From Mesotaenium endlicherianum (lineage: Eukaryota), in the NCBI GenBank assembly GCA_009602735.1, contig WELA01002961.1, positions 1 through 38,817 on the forward strand: 38,817 bases of DNA, read 5' to 3'. The notes below the pieces were generated by a model. The model did no database searches and was not told the DNA's origin. It saw only the letters and a program-made list of their open reading frames with translations. Position numbers and translations under genes: made by a program. Below, in pieces: positions 27,112-36,708 of this stretch (position 1 is the first letter of the stretch; every line of letters starts with the position of its first letter).

Positions 27112-30100
27112 TTAAGCGTGTTCTTTCTTCTCTTCTTTTTCTTCTTCCTTGTTCCTCACTTTGGCGAGGTAAGTTACGTTCGGCAATACGTGCAGCTGCT
27201 CCAACGAATAGAACTGGCGGTTCGGATTGTCGATACGTATTTTGGTAATGGCGCTGTGCTTATCGTTGGCGTTACCAAAGTTGATGGCGTTGGTAGGACA
27301 AGCCTGCTGACAAGCCACTTTGATATCGCTGTCTATCATCGGCCTGCTTTCGCGCTTGGCTTTCAGCTTAGCTTCCTGCAAACGCTGTACACAGAAGGAA
27401 CATTTTTCGATCACACCGCGTGAACGTACTGTAACATCGGGGTTCAGTACCATGCGGGTGAGGTCGTCGCTCATATTCAATACCACATCGTTCACAATAC
27501 CCCTTTGGTTATCGGGGAAGCTGTCGGCACCGGTATAATCGGCCCAGTTGAAACGGCGTACTTTGAACGGACAGTTATTGGCGCAATAACGGGTACCTAC
27601 GCAACGGTTATAAGCCATCTGGTTCAAACCTTCGCTGCTGTGGTTGGTGGCAGCCACCGGACAAACGTTCTCACAAGGAGCGTTATCGCAATGCTGACAC
27701 ATCAGCGGCTGGAACACCACATTCGGGTTGTCCATATCGCCACTGTAATAGCGGTCGATACGCAGCCACTGCATTTCATGTCCGCGCAGCACTTCGGGTT
27801 TACCTACTACTGCTACGTTGTTCTCAGCAGTACAAGCCACCACGCAGGCGCCGCAACCGGTACAACTGTTGAGGTCTACGCTCATGCCCCATTTGATACC
27901 CGGCCTTTCGTATACAGGATAGATCGTACCCTGCTTTTCATATTCGGCCAGTCCGCCAAACGGTTGCAATTCTTTATCGCGGTCTTCACGTATTTCTGAA
28001 GGATGTGCTTTGTACTCAGCCAGCGTCAACTCTTTCATCACTTCGGTACGGTTACCTTGTGTAGTATCGTAACGGCTGTGTGTTTGCGTAAGCGCAACCG
28101 GGTATTTTTCGCCTGTTACAGTGATCGTAACATCGCTGTTATCGAAGTTCACCACGCCATTGCTGAGTGAAGCAAGGGCGAATGCATTCTTACCTACGTT
28201 GGCAGCGGACAAACCGATCTTCTCACTGCGGCCATATCCTACTGCAATACCGATGGTATCGGGATGGGTGCCGGGGATGATCAGCGCAGGTAATTCAATG
28301 CTCTTATTGCCAACAGTAACTTTTACTACTTTCTTGGGTGGGTTCACTTCGTAGCTGTCTGCCTGACCACCGTTGTTGAGGTCGATGTCCAGCAAAGTCC
28401 TGGCCATGGCAGGTGAAACAATCACGTAGTTATCCCAGGTAGCACGGGTAATGGGGTCGGGCATTTCCTGTAACCAGGGATTTGCAGCGCCCTGTCCGGC
28501 TCCGATGGCTATTTTTTCATACAATACCAACTCTACCTTTCCACCTTTTTTAGCAGCACCGATAGCCGATACGGCGTTGGCCAGTGAAGCGCCGTTATAG
28601 CTGGCAGCTTTAGCAGCTGTTTCACCAGTGGGGTTGATCACACCGTCTTGCAGCGCTTTATCCCATCCGGCAGCACCACCCAGTTTGGTGCTCCAGTAAT
28701 TTTTGAGGAAGGCCAGGTAATCGGTAGCAGCGCCGCTCCATTTGAGCAGGCTGTCTTGCCACTGGCGTGTTTTGAACAAAGGATAGATCGTAGGCTGGAT
28801 GAGTGAGAAATGACCGGTTTTGGCTTCTGCATCGCCCCAGCTTTCCAAATAGTGATGATCGGGCGCTACGAATTTGCAGAGCTCAGCGGTTTCATCCACT
28901 TTACCGGCGAAAGAAATAGTCGTTTTTACTTTTTTCAGTCCGGCTTTGAATTTATCTGCATCAAACCAGCTATATGCGGGATTGGCGCCGTATACCAGCA
29001 GGGTGTTCACCGCACCTGCATTCATGTCTTCTACCAGTTTCACAAAATCGGCGTCGATGCCCTGGCGGGTATTGTTCAGTACCGACCAGTCGATGGTAGT
29101 ACCATTCGCATTGATGGCGTTGTTGATGGCATTCACCACTGTTTGCACATTCACATCATTGCTGCCGCTGACTACCAGCGCTGCACCTTTGTTGGCGTTC
29201 AGTTCTTTGGCTGCTTTTTCAATAGCTGCTTTCAGTTTGGCATCGCTGATACCTGTTGCACCCTGGCCGTTAACGGCATTCAGCAGGGCTACTGCTACCG
29301 CACCTGTTTCTGAGGGGCGGTGTAAATATTTTTCATCTGCGTTGGAACCGGTGAGACTGGCTAAGCTTTCGAAATGAATGTGCTTGCTCATCTCAGGATT
29401 CTTCTCGTTGATCTTTTTGCCGGTGGCATATTGTTTGGCAAATTCAACCGGGCTCAACCAGGTGCCGAGGAAATCGGCATCGAGGCTTACAATTGCTTTT
29501 GCTTTGTCGAAGCGGTAAGAAGGAATACCCCTTACACCGTAAGATGCTTCATTGGCCAGCAACAGGGCTGAATAAGAAACCGCATCGTAAGTTACGTGGC
29601 GGCTGCCGGGATATTTGGCCAGCAACTGGTTGATCGCTTCTTTGGTGGAAGGAGAAACCACGGTGCTGGTAAGCACTACTACGGGACCGTTCAAAGAAGC
29701 GGCTACCGCTTTATCTATTGCTTCAAAAGTTACTTCTTTACCATCGATGGTGGGGAAGCGCAGGCGTGCGGTATCATAGAGGTCGAGCACCGATGCCTGT
29801 GCACGGGCAGAAGTACCGCCCTGGGTGATAGGGCTCAGTTCGTTACCCTCGATCTTGATGGGGCGTCCGTCGCGCACTTTGGCCAGCACACTCACCACAT
29901 CTCCATCCTGCACATAAGTGGTAGCATAATAATTGGAAACACCGGGAACAATATCTTCCGGTTTATTCGCAAACGGGATGGCTTTCTTTACAGGCATTTC
30001 GCAACTCGCGGCCACGGCGGCAGCGGCGGTGCTGAATCCCAGGTATTTCAAAAAGTCCCTGCGTGGCGCTTTGGCGTCAAGGAAGCTTTTGCTTTCATCG

Positions 30101-30204
30101 CCAACAAACGGCAGTTCTTCCCTGAATTCGTCTTTTACGTCTTTATTGTAAGCCTCAGACTGATTCAGCTCTCCAAAACTTTGCCAGTGCTTTTTTTGCT
30201 CCAT
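27112..30204 (-). CDS. actB: Alternative complex III subunit ActB (Tat-exported molybdopterin-oxidoreductase-like plus Fe-S domain)
   Basis: Tat motif PRRDFLK, lipobox-like VAASC, and C-terminal CTGCGACVVAC, CQHCDNAPCENVCP, CVGTRYCANNCP and CSFC...CQQACP. Confidence 0.95.
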   Translation of the reverse strand: MEQKKHWQSFGELNQSEAYNKDVKDEFREELPFVGDESKSFLDAKAPRRDFLKYLGFSTAAAAVAASCEMPVKKAIPFANKPEDIVPGVSNYYATTYVQDGDVVSVLAKVRDGRPIKIEGNELSPITQGGTSARAQASVLDLYDTARLRFPTIDGKEVTFEAIDKAVAASLNGPVVVLTSTVVSPSTKEAINQLLAKYPGSRHVTYDAVSYSALLLANEASYGVRGIPSYRFDKAKAIVSLDADFLGTWLSPVEFAKQYATGKKINEKNPEMSKHIHFESLASLTGSNADEKYLHRPSETGAVAVALLNAVNGQGATGISDAKLKAAIEKAAKELNANKGAALVVSGSNDVNVQTVVNAINNAINANGTTIDWSVLNNTRQGIDADFVKLVEDMNAGAVNTLLVYGANPAYSWFDADKFKAGLKKVKTTISFAGKVDETAELCKFVAPDHHYLESWGDAEAKTGHFSLIQPTIYPLFKTRQWQDSLLKWSGAATDYLAFLKNYWSTKLGGAAGWDKALQDGVINPTGETAAKAASYNGASLANAVSAIGAAKKGGKVELVLYEKIAIGAGQGAANPWLQEMPDPITRATWDNYVIVSPAMARTLLDIDLNNGGQADSYEVNPPKKVVKVTVGNKSIELPALIIPGTHPDTIGIAVGYGRSEKIGLSAANVGKNAFALASLSNGVVNFDNSDVTITVTGEKYPVALTQTHSRYDTTQGNRTEVMKELTLAEYKAHPSEIREDRDKELQPFGGLAEYEKQGTIYPVYERPGIKWGMSVDLNSCTGCGACVVACTAENNVAVVGKPEVLRGHEMQWLRIDRYYSGDMDNPNVVFQPLMCQHCDNAPCENVCPVAATNHSSEGLNQMAYNRCVGTRYCANNCPFKVRRFNWADYTGADSFPDNQRGIVNDVVLNMSDDLTRMVLNPDVTVRSRGVIEKCSFCVQRLQEAKLKAKRESRPMIDSDIKVACQQACPTNAINFGNANDKHSAITKIRIDNPNRQFYSLEQLHVLPNVTYLAKVRNKEEEKEEKKEHA

Positions 30205-30280
30205 AATTATTAGTTGACAGTTGGCGGCCCACCGTTACCGGTTAGCCTGCCTCGTTCTTTGTGTGTTTTTTGTTACTGTT

Positions 30281-31531
30281 CTAGTAGTGACATTTCTGAC
30301 ACTCTGTACCGCCGATCTTCTCTACGGTAATACCCTTGGCGCTGTCGATCTTTCCGCTCTTCAGGTCCTGGTGGTATTTCTCATAAATGCTGTAGAATCC
30401 GTTGTCTTTGAACTGCACCTGTGTTTCGCGGTGGCAGTTGATACACCAGCCCATGCTCAGGTCGGCAAACTGCTTCACTTCCGACATTTTGGTGATCTCT
30501 CCGTGGCAGGTCTGACAAGCAACCTGGCCTGCTTTCACGTGCTGTGAGTGGTTGAAATAAACATGGTCGGGCAGGTTGTGGATGCGCACCCATTCAATGG
30601 GTTTGGCTTTGGTTTCGTCCCAGGGTTTACCGGACTCATAACCTGCATATTTATATAATTTCTGGATCTCTGCTGTTCCGTTCACTTCGTCACCGGCTTC
30701 GTTGAAGATCTTTTCGCCTTTGTATTCGTTGATGGCTTTGTGGCAGTTCATACAGATGTTCACCGAAGGAATGGTGGCCTGCTTGCCCTGGTATACACCG
30801 ATATGGCAATACTGGCAGTTGATCTGGTTGATGCCTGCGTGTACTTTATGCGAGTAGAAAATGGGTTGTTCGGGTTGGTAATCTTTGCTGCGGCCCAATG
30901 CCATCGCGCCTTTCGATACAAAATAACCACCGATCACGAACAGGATCACGGTGAGCATGGCAATATAGCTCTTGTTCTTCCAGAAAGGAATGGGTTCGGC
31001 GGTATCGTGACCTTCGTGCTTATCGGCCAGTTTTTTCAGGTTTGAGTTCACCTGTAACAAGATCAGGGCTACAACGGCCAGGATCAGGGTGAGCACGCCA
31101 AAAAGGAGACTGTTATCGCCTTCACTGGTTTTGGCATCGGCAGCCGGGTTAGCGGCGCCTGCTGCGCCGGCAGCGGGAACGGTTTTGATATAATCCAGTA
31201 CGGCGTCGATCTCTTTTTCAGACAGGTTCGGGAAGCCGGTCATTACAGTAGGACTGTACTCCTTCATCAGGTTGGCCGCATACGCGTCGGTTTGGGCAAA
31301 ACCTGCAGGATTGTGTACCCATGCATGGATCTTTTTCCTGTCGGACCAGCGATCTTCCACACCAGCCAGGGCAGGACCGGTCAATTTTTTATTTACTGCG
31401 TGACAGGAGGCGCAATTGGTATTAAAAACGGTCTTACCATCCTGTGCGGAGGCGGGATTCACTAAAGAAAGGCCCATTAAAAGAACTGCACTGAGGAAAC
31501 TGGTTTTGGCTATACGACTAAGAGATATCAT
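30281..31531 (-). CDS. actA: Alternative complex III hexaheme cytochrome c ActA
   Basis: Six CxxCH motifs (CASCH; CQYCH, CMNCH, CQTCH, CINCH, CQKCH), a signal peptide and two TM helices. The likely start is ATG 31531 or GTG 31537, downstream of the promoter. Confidence 0.93.
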   Translation of the reverse strand: MISLSRIAKTSFLSAVLLMGLSLVNPASAQDGKTVFNTNCASCHAVNKKLTGPALAGVEDRWSDRKKIHAWVHNPAGFAQTDAYAANLMKEYSPTVMTGFPNLSEKEIDAVLDYIKTVPAAGAAGAANPAADAKTSEGDNSLLFGVLTLILAVVALILLQVNSNLKKLADKHEGHDTAEPIPFWKNKSYIAMLTVILFVIGGYFVSKGAMALGRSKDYQPEQPIFYSHKVHAGINQINCQYCHIGVYQGKQATIPSVNICMNCHKAINEYKGEKIFNEAGDEVNGTAEIQKLYKYAGYESGKPWDETKAKPIEWVRIHNLPDHVYFNHSQHVKAGQVACQTCHGEITKMSEVKQFADLSMGWCINCHRETQVQFKDNGFYSIYEKYHQDLKSGKIDSAKGITVEKIGGTECQKCHY

Positions 31532-31578
31532 ATTCACAAACGTGGTTCTTGGTGTGGAAAAATATCCGTGAACGGCTG

Positions 31579-31611
31579 CAAAAATATGACACGTAGCTGA
31601 CAAAAACCAAA
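31579..31611 (-). promoter_or_regulatory. Promoter of the act-cta operon
   Basis: Minus strand TTTG (31611-31608), 21-nt spacer, TATTTTTG (31586-31579), matching the Bacteroidota -33/-7 consensus. Confidence 0.7.
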
Positions 31612-31710
31612 CCTTCTCAAAAAATTATTTACCCTTATCAGGGTTGAGTTTCAGCGAATTTGGCTGCTTTTATTTCTATTTACGGAATGTTTATGTCAGA
31701 CGTTTTAGTG

Positions 31711-31718
31711 TAGATTTG
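31711..31718 (+). promoter_or_regulatory. -7 promoter element of purN
   Basis: TAGATTTG ending 4 nt before the ATG at 31723. Confidence 0.5.
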
Positions 31719-31722
31719 ACTC

Positions 31723-32313
31723 ATGTCTAACTACTCTCCCATTCGTATTGCCATTTTTGCTTCGGGTGCCGGCTCCAATGCCGAAAAGATCATCGAACAT
31801 TTTACCGGTCACCCCCGGATCAAAGTGGCGTTGGTAGTTTGCAACAAACCTGATGCCGGAGCGCTAAACATAGCTGCCCATCACCAGGTTCCGGTATTAT
31901 TGATTGAAAAAGAACCTTTTTTCAGGGGCGATGCCTATGTAGCTGCCCTGAAACAGCAGGAGATCGGGTTCATTGTGCTGGCCGGCTTTCTCTGGAAGAT
32001 TCCGGCAGCCCTTATACAGGCTTATCCCAACCGCATCATTAATATACACCCGGCCCTTTTGCCCAAATACGGGGGCAAGGGTATGTATGGCAGGCATGTG
32101 CACGAAGCGGTGATTGCCGCCGGTGAAAAAGAGAGTGGCATTACCATACATTATGTAAATGAGCATTTCGATGAGGGGGCGCCCATTTTCCAAGCCGCTT
32201 GTGTTGTTGAACCCGGCGATACCCCCGAAAGCCTGGCTCAAAAAGTGCATGTATTGGAGCACCTGCATTTTCCCCGGGTGGTGGAAGAAGTGGTACGGCG
32301 GTATGAAGAATAA
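31723..32313 (+). CDS. purN: Phosphoribosylglycinamide formyltransferase
   Basis: IAIFASGAGSN, VLAGF, INIHPALLP and SGITIHYV...FDEG motifs. Confidence 0.95.
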   Translation: MSNYSPIRIAIFASGAGSNAEKIIEHFTGHPRIKVALVVCNKPDAGALNIAAHHQVPVLLIEKEPFFRGDAYVAALKQQEIGFIVLAGFLWKIPAALIQAYPNRIINIHPALLPKYGGKGMYGRHVHEAVIAAGEKESGITIHYVNEHFDEGAPIFQAACVVEPGDTPESLAQKVHVLEHLHFPRVVEEVVRRYEE

Positions 32314-32330
32314 AAGTCTATCTTAATACC

Positions 32331-33620
32331 ATGAAAAAAGCCATTGCATGCCTGTTACTGGTTGTTTGTTCTTATCAAACAATATCAGCACAAACCTCCG
32401 CATCCGTAGCAATCCCCGAAAACAAAGGATTTTCTGTTGAACGTTTACAAAGGATCGACAAACTGATCCAGCGATACATCGATAGCGGGTGGATCGCCGG
32501 CGCTGTTGCGCTTGTTACCCATAACGGACATACGGTATATTATAAGGCATTGGGTTATGACGATAAAGAACAACACAAGAAGCTGGAGAAAGACGCCATC
32601 TTCCGTATTGCTTCGCAAACCAAGGCCATCACCAGCGTGGCCATCATGCAATTATATGAAGAAGGCAGGTTGCTGCTGGATGATCCTATCTCCAAATACA
32701 TTCCCGGGTTTAAAAACCCTGCCGTACTCAACCAGTTCAATAAAGCCGATTCCAGCTATACCACTGTTCCCGCTAAAAGGGAAGTTACCATCCGCGACCT
32801 GCTTACCCATACTTCAGGTATCTCTTATGCGCAAATTGGTACGCCCGTTGCCAATGCTATCTATGCCAAAGCCGGCGTGGTGGGCGGCATCGGTTTGTTA
32901 GACGGCACTTCTGCTGAAAACATAGAGCGGTTGGCACATCTTCCGTTAATGCACCAGCCGGGCGAACATTTCACGTACGGATTGAACACCGATGTACTCG
33001 GTTACCTGGTAGAAGTGTTGAGCGGACAAAGTCTCGCCGAGTATTTCCGGGAACATATTTTTGAGCCGTTGGGTATGAAGGACTCTTATTTCTACCTGCC
33101 CAAAGAAAAATACACCCGCCTGGCCATGCTGCATTCAGAAGACAAAAGCAAGCATGTGGTGAACATGGAACCGAAAATAGGTATCAATGGCGAGTTTTAC
33201 CGCGACTATCCGCTTGACCCGGATGGGAAGTTTTATTCCGGTGGCGGCGGACTGGTATCTACTGCTTATGATTATACTCTCTTTATGGAAAGCCTCATGA
33301 ATGGCGGCGTACTCAACGGCAAAAGGATACTGAGTGCGCATTCTATACGGCTCATGACGCAAAACCAGATCGGCGACCTGTACGTGAACGGATCGCGCCT
33401 TACCAAATTCGGGTTGGGCTTTGAAATTGTTACCGATGCCGCCAGTGGCAGGAGCACTTCCCCGCCTGGTACTTTCAGTTGGGGTGGTATGTTCAGTTCT
33501 ACTTATTGGATAGACCCGCAGGAAAAAATCACAGCGCAATTTGTATTACAGCAGTTTCCCAACAGTCATGGAGATCTTGGTGAAAAATTCAAAGTACTGG
33601 TGTACCAGGCATTGCAATAA
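32331..33620 (+). CDS. Exported serine hydrolase (beta-lactamase-related family)
   Basis: Signal peptide, FRIASQTK (SxxK), LLTHTSG, PGEHFTYG and WGG motifs. Confidence 0.9.
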   Translation: MKKAIACLLLVVCSYQTISAQTSASVAIPENKGFSVERLQRIDKLIQRYIDSGWIAGAVALVTHNGHTVYYKALGYDDKEQHKKLEKDAIFRIASQTKAITSVAIMQLYEEGRLLLDDPISKYIPGFKNPAVLNQFNKADSSYTTVPAKREVTIRDLLTHTSGISYAQIGTPVANAIYAKAGVVGGIGLLDGTSAENIERLAHLPLMHQPGEHFTYGLNTDVLGYLVEVLSGQSLAEYFREHIFEPLGMKDSYFYLPKEKYTRLAMLHSEDKSKHVVNMEPKIGINGEFYRDYPLDPDGKFYSGGGGLVSTAYDYTLFMESLMNGGVLNGKRILSAHSIRLMTQNQIGDLYVNGSRLTKFGLGFEIVTDAASGRSTSPPGTFSWGGMFSSTYWIDPQEKITAQFVLQQFPNSHGDLGEKFKVLVYQALQ

Positions 33621-33671
33621 AGTAGTTACATAAGGTGCCGCAAAATGCGACACTTTTACGTATCTCTACAC

Positions 33672-35708
33672 TTAAAACTTCACATACATCGAAAGATTCA
33701 ACACCCTTCCCTCCAGTGGTGCCCATATTTCGGGGAAGCGTGGATTGGTGTAAGGCGGGAATACTACCGGGTTGTTTTTGCTCTGCCGATAATCTAACAG
33801 GTTTTCGCAGTTCAACACGAAGGAGGTTTTGCCTATTTTATATCCCAGCATCGCTGCCATGAAAACATAGGGAGTGGTGGTTTGCCCGTTGTCGAGATGC
33901 TGCACACCGGTATAGGCCGTTTCAAAACCTGCCTTGAATTTTTCAGTGAATTTATAGGCAATGATGGCGGCCAGTTTGTGACGCGCAATCAGGGGCAATG
34001 TTGTATTTACTGCATCGTATTTTCTTCTGGCATCTGTATACACATAGCCCAGGTATAGTTCCAGCTCGTCTTCCTTCGCTTGTATATACGTTTCAAAACC
34101 GGTGGTTTCAATGGGTGCACCGGCATTTTGATACCGGAGTATCGCAGGTGTTGTTCCCATGCTATCGAGCAGCAGCGGTTGGTTGATGCGGTTGTAGAAA
34201 AACGACTGGTTGATGGTGAGGCTCCATTCGCCCATATTGCGTTTGTAGTTGATGTCGAAATTGGCGCCGGCAGACCGCTCTGCTTTGATTCCGGTTGAAT
34301 AGCCAGCGAGATAATGATAATCCCTTTCATCGAGCTCTGCATTGAAGAGCGTGGGTGTTTTGTAACCGAGTCCGCCGCCCAAACGCATGGTAATGTTCCG
34401 GTTCATTTTATACATGAGCGATAAGCGGGGGAGCACGAAAGTACCATAGCTGTTGTTGGCATCTACCCTTATCCCGCTTTGTAAGGTGAAAGCATTGGCA
34501 AACTTCCAGTCGTCTTGTGCAAAAAAGCCAAGGGTATTGGATGATTCGTTGGGTATGAGGCTGCTGTCGGGGTGTTGTTTTTTAAAATCATCGCCGTTGA
34601 AGTTGATGCCCAACACATAGTTGTGTTGTCCTTTTCGCTGCGAATACGCTACTTCACTGTACCAGCTGAACTGGTTTCCCTTCATACCAAAGACATTGGT
34701 GTTCACATCGCGGTTGAAAAAACTGGTACTCGCTTTGGCTGTGAGTTGTGCGTTGTTGGGCAGTTGTTGCTCCCAGGTAATATCGGCCACATTGCGCAGG
34801 CTTTTGTTCTGTATGAAGAATTGGTTTTGCGGGCCTGCTGTTTTGTCGAGCACTTTCATATCGCCACCTTTGCGGTCTTCGTAGTTGAGTGTGTAGCCCA
34901 ATATCACGGTAGATTTTTCTCCTCCGTATAAAAACACGCGCGGGTGAATGAATACACTTTTAACATCGGGTACATCGGAGAAGCCGTCGTTGTTTACATC
35001 TACTGCATTTTGCAGTGTGCCGCCTGCAAACAAAGTATAGCCGGCATTTTTATTCCTGTTAGAAAAGAAAAGGTTCAGGTTGTTCTCTTTTAAGGTAGAG
35101 CGGTTGAGTGTGAAGCTTCCTTCCGGTGTGCCCAGCTTTGGTTTTTTAGACACCAGGTTGAGCATACCGGCAATGGCGCCGCCGCCATACAAGGTAGAGC
35201 TCGATCCTTTTACCAGTTCTACTTGTTGCAGATCGAGCGGTGGTATTTGTAAAATGCTGAAGCTGCCCGAGTAGCCGCCAAACAGCGGAATACCATCGCG
35301 CAGTATCTGCGTGTATTTTCCCTGCAAACCTTGTATGCGCATATCGGCATTGCCGGTAGCGGCGTTGGTTTGCTGTATTTGTATGCCGGCGATATCGCCC
35401 AATAAGCTAACGATATTGCCGGGCTTGATACCATTCTCTTCGTGCATTTCTTCGGCACCCAGCACTTCTACTTTAGTAGGCAGGTCTTCGATGCGCGAGT
35501 TAGTGCGGGAGGAAGAAACAACGATCACTTCCGATTCGCCTTCGAATGGTTTTTTTGAGGGGGTGAGAGTTGTATCTTTTTGGGGTTGAGGGGGAATGGT
35601 ATCTTTTTTTATCGGGACAGGAGTTGTTTTAACGGTATCAGTTTTTTTCTGCGCAAGAATGATTGTTGTAGGCAGGAGTAAGTATAGCATTACGATTGCT
35701 TTTTTCAT
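33672..35708 (-). CDS. TonB-dependent outer-membrane receptor
   Basis: Signal peptide, plug motifs (RIQGL...QILRDG; QVELVKGSSSTLYGGGAIAG), ENLLD and C-terminal Phe. Confidence 0.92.
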   Translation of the reverse strand: MKKAIVMLYLLLPTTIILAQKKTDTVKTTPVPIKKDTIPPQPQKDTTLTPSKKPFEGESEVIVVSSSRTNSRIEDLPTKVEVLGAEEMHEENGIKPGNIVSLLGDIAGIQIQQTNAATGNADMRIQGLQGKYTQILRDGIPLFGGYSGSFSILQIPPLDLQQVELVKGSSSTLYGGGAIAGMLNLVSKKPKLGTPEGSFTLNRSTLKENNLNLFFSNRNKNAGYTLFAGGTLQNAVDVNNDGFSDVPDVKSVFIHPRVFLYGGEKSTVILGYTLNYEDRKGGDMKVLDKTAGPQNQFFIQNKSLRNVADITWEQQLPNNAQLTAKASTSFFNRDVNTNVFGMKGNQFSWYSEVAYSQRKGQHNYVLGINFNGDDFKKQHPDSSLIPNESSNTLGFFAQDDWKFANAFTLQSGIRVDANNSYGTFVLPRLSLMYKMNRNITMRLGGGLGYKTPTLFNAELDERDYHYLAGYSTGIKAERSAGANFDINYKRNMGEWSLTINQSFFYNRINQPLLLDSMGTTPAILRYQNAGAPIETTGFETYIQAKEDELELYLGYVYTDARRKYDAVNTTLPLIARHKLAAIIAYKFTEKFKAGFETAYTGVQHLDNGQTTTPYVFMAAMLGYKIGKTSFVLNCENLLDYRQSKNNPVVFPPYTNPRFPEIWAPLEGRVLNLSMYVKF

Positions 35709-35773
35709 TGTCCATTCAATTTGATAAGGCCCTCACTTTCGCGACTTGTTCGCTACAAGCGAGGGCCGTTTAT

Positions 35774-36199
35774 TTACATCAGTTTACCATCGGAAGCCAG
35801 TTTAGCTTCTTTGGTTTTTCCACCTTTCACCTTGTACTCGATCTCAAAATAGTTTTGTCCCTTTTTGGTTTCTATTTTATAGATTGCTGCAATGGTGGCA
35901 CCGGTGTGCGCTTTTTTAAACCCATCCAGCACAGCCTGTGGTGTGGCGCTTTGCGGGATGGCCATTTCGGTTTCCAGCCATTCACCTGAAGCGGAGAAAT
36001 TGGCTGATCCTTTTTTTCCATCCAGCACAAATGATGCCTCATATTCGTGCTTGTTTTCTTTATCCCACTTCACTTCTTTGGCGTTGGGAAATTGTTGGCG
36101 GAATGCTTTCTCCGCCGCTTCGGTTGGTTTGGTGTTTTGTGCAAACGCAACGGTAATGAGGCCCATGTATATGAGCATCATTGAAAAAATATTTTTCAT
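35774..36199 (-). CDS. PepSY-like (DUF2874-type) periplasmic protein
   Basis: Signal peptide and two repeats of the AF.(Q/K).F/H-P/T...YE(A/I)...G type. Confidence 0.85.
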   Translation of the reverse strand: MKNIFSMMLIYMGLITVAFAQNTKPTEAAEKAFRQQFPNAKEVKWDKENKHEYEASFVLDGKKGSANFSASGEWLETEMAIPQSATPQAVLDGFKKAHTGATIAAIYKIETKKGQNYFEIEYKVKGGKTKEAKLASDGKLM

Positions 36200-36282
36200 G
36201 ATCTGATTGTATTAGTTGAAATAAAAGATATGCTACCACACAGCGGTGTTGCCGTTGGTATTTTTAATACAGGTAAATGGTC

Positions 36283-36684
36283 TTATGCGCGAGCCGGGGG
36301 ATGAAATATACCGGGGCGATAATCCTGGGGAATGTAATCTGTGTTGGTAACGGGTATCAGCGTTGCTGGAACAAGGGGTTGTTCCAGGGTGATCTCGGTA
36401 ACCGGCTGTTGGTAGAGGGTGCCGGTTTGTATTTGAACGACCAGGTTGGTATTATTTGGATGTTTGGGTTGAGGCGGCGTGTCTTCCTTGTCATTTTCCA
36501 GCGCCATGCCGGCCGATAAAAAGTTTTCGGCTATGAATTCCACAAAATTGGTGTCGCCATCCATGTTGAGGCAGTTGTGATAAACTGCCTGGAGCGATGT
36601 TACATCATCGTAATTGGCATAGGGCATTACCAGGATGGATAATGAGAACAATACCAGGGTGATTATGATGAGTGCCTTTTTCAC
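36283..36684 (-). CDS. Hypothetical exported protein ending in IFHPP; candidate leader/regulatory protein of the PepSY-TonB receptor unit
   Basis: GTG start, N-terminal hydrophobic helix, HNC motif and C-terminal RPGIFHPPARA. Confidence 0.7.
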   Translation of the reverse strand: MKKALIIITLVLFSLSILVMPYANYDDVTSLQAVYHNCLNMDGDTNFVEFIAENFLSAGMALENDKEDTPPQPKHPNNTNLVVQIQTGTLYQQPVTEITLEQPLVPATLIPVTNTDYIPQDYRPGIFHPPARA

Positions 36685-36708
36685 TGATGGAAAGGTAAGC
36701 CTTATTTT

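Noticed and set aside
17282..30593. Many 60-205 aa ORFs antisense to or out of frame within the respiratory cluster
   Set aside because: Expected shadows of strongly codon-biased genes; none has motifs or expression signals.
31538..31603. N-terminal extension of actA
   Set aside because: Runs through the predicted -7 promoter element; the signal peptide begins at 31531 or 31537.
32331..33620. Possible beta-lactam resistance gene
   Set aside because: It has SxxK but looks like the broad esterase/peptidase-type serine hydrolase family (WGG in place of KTG); resistance is not supported.
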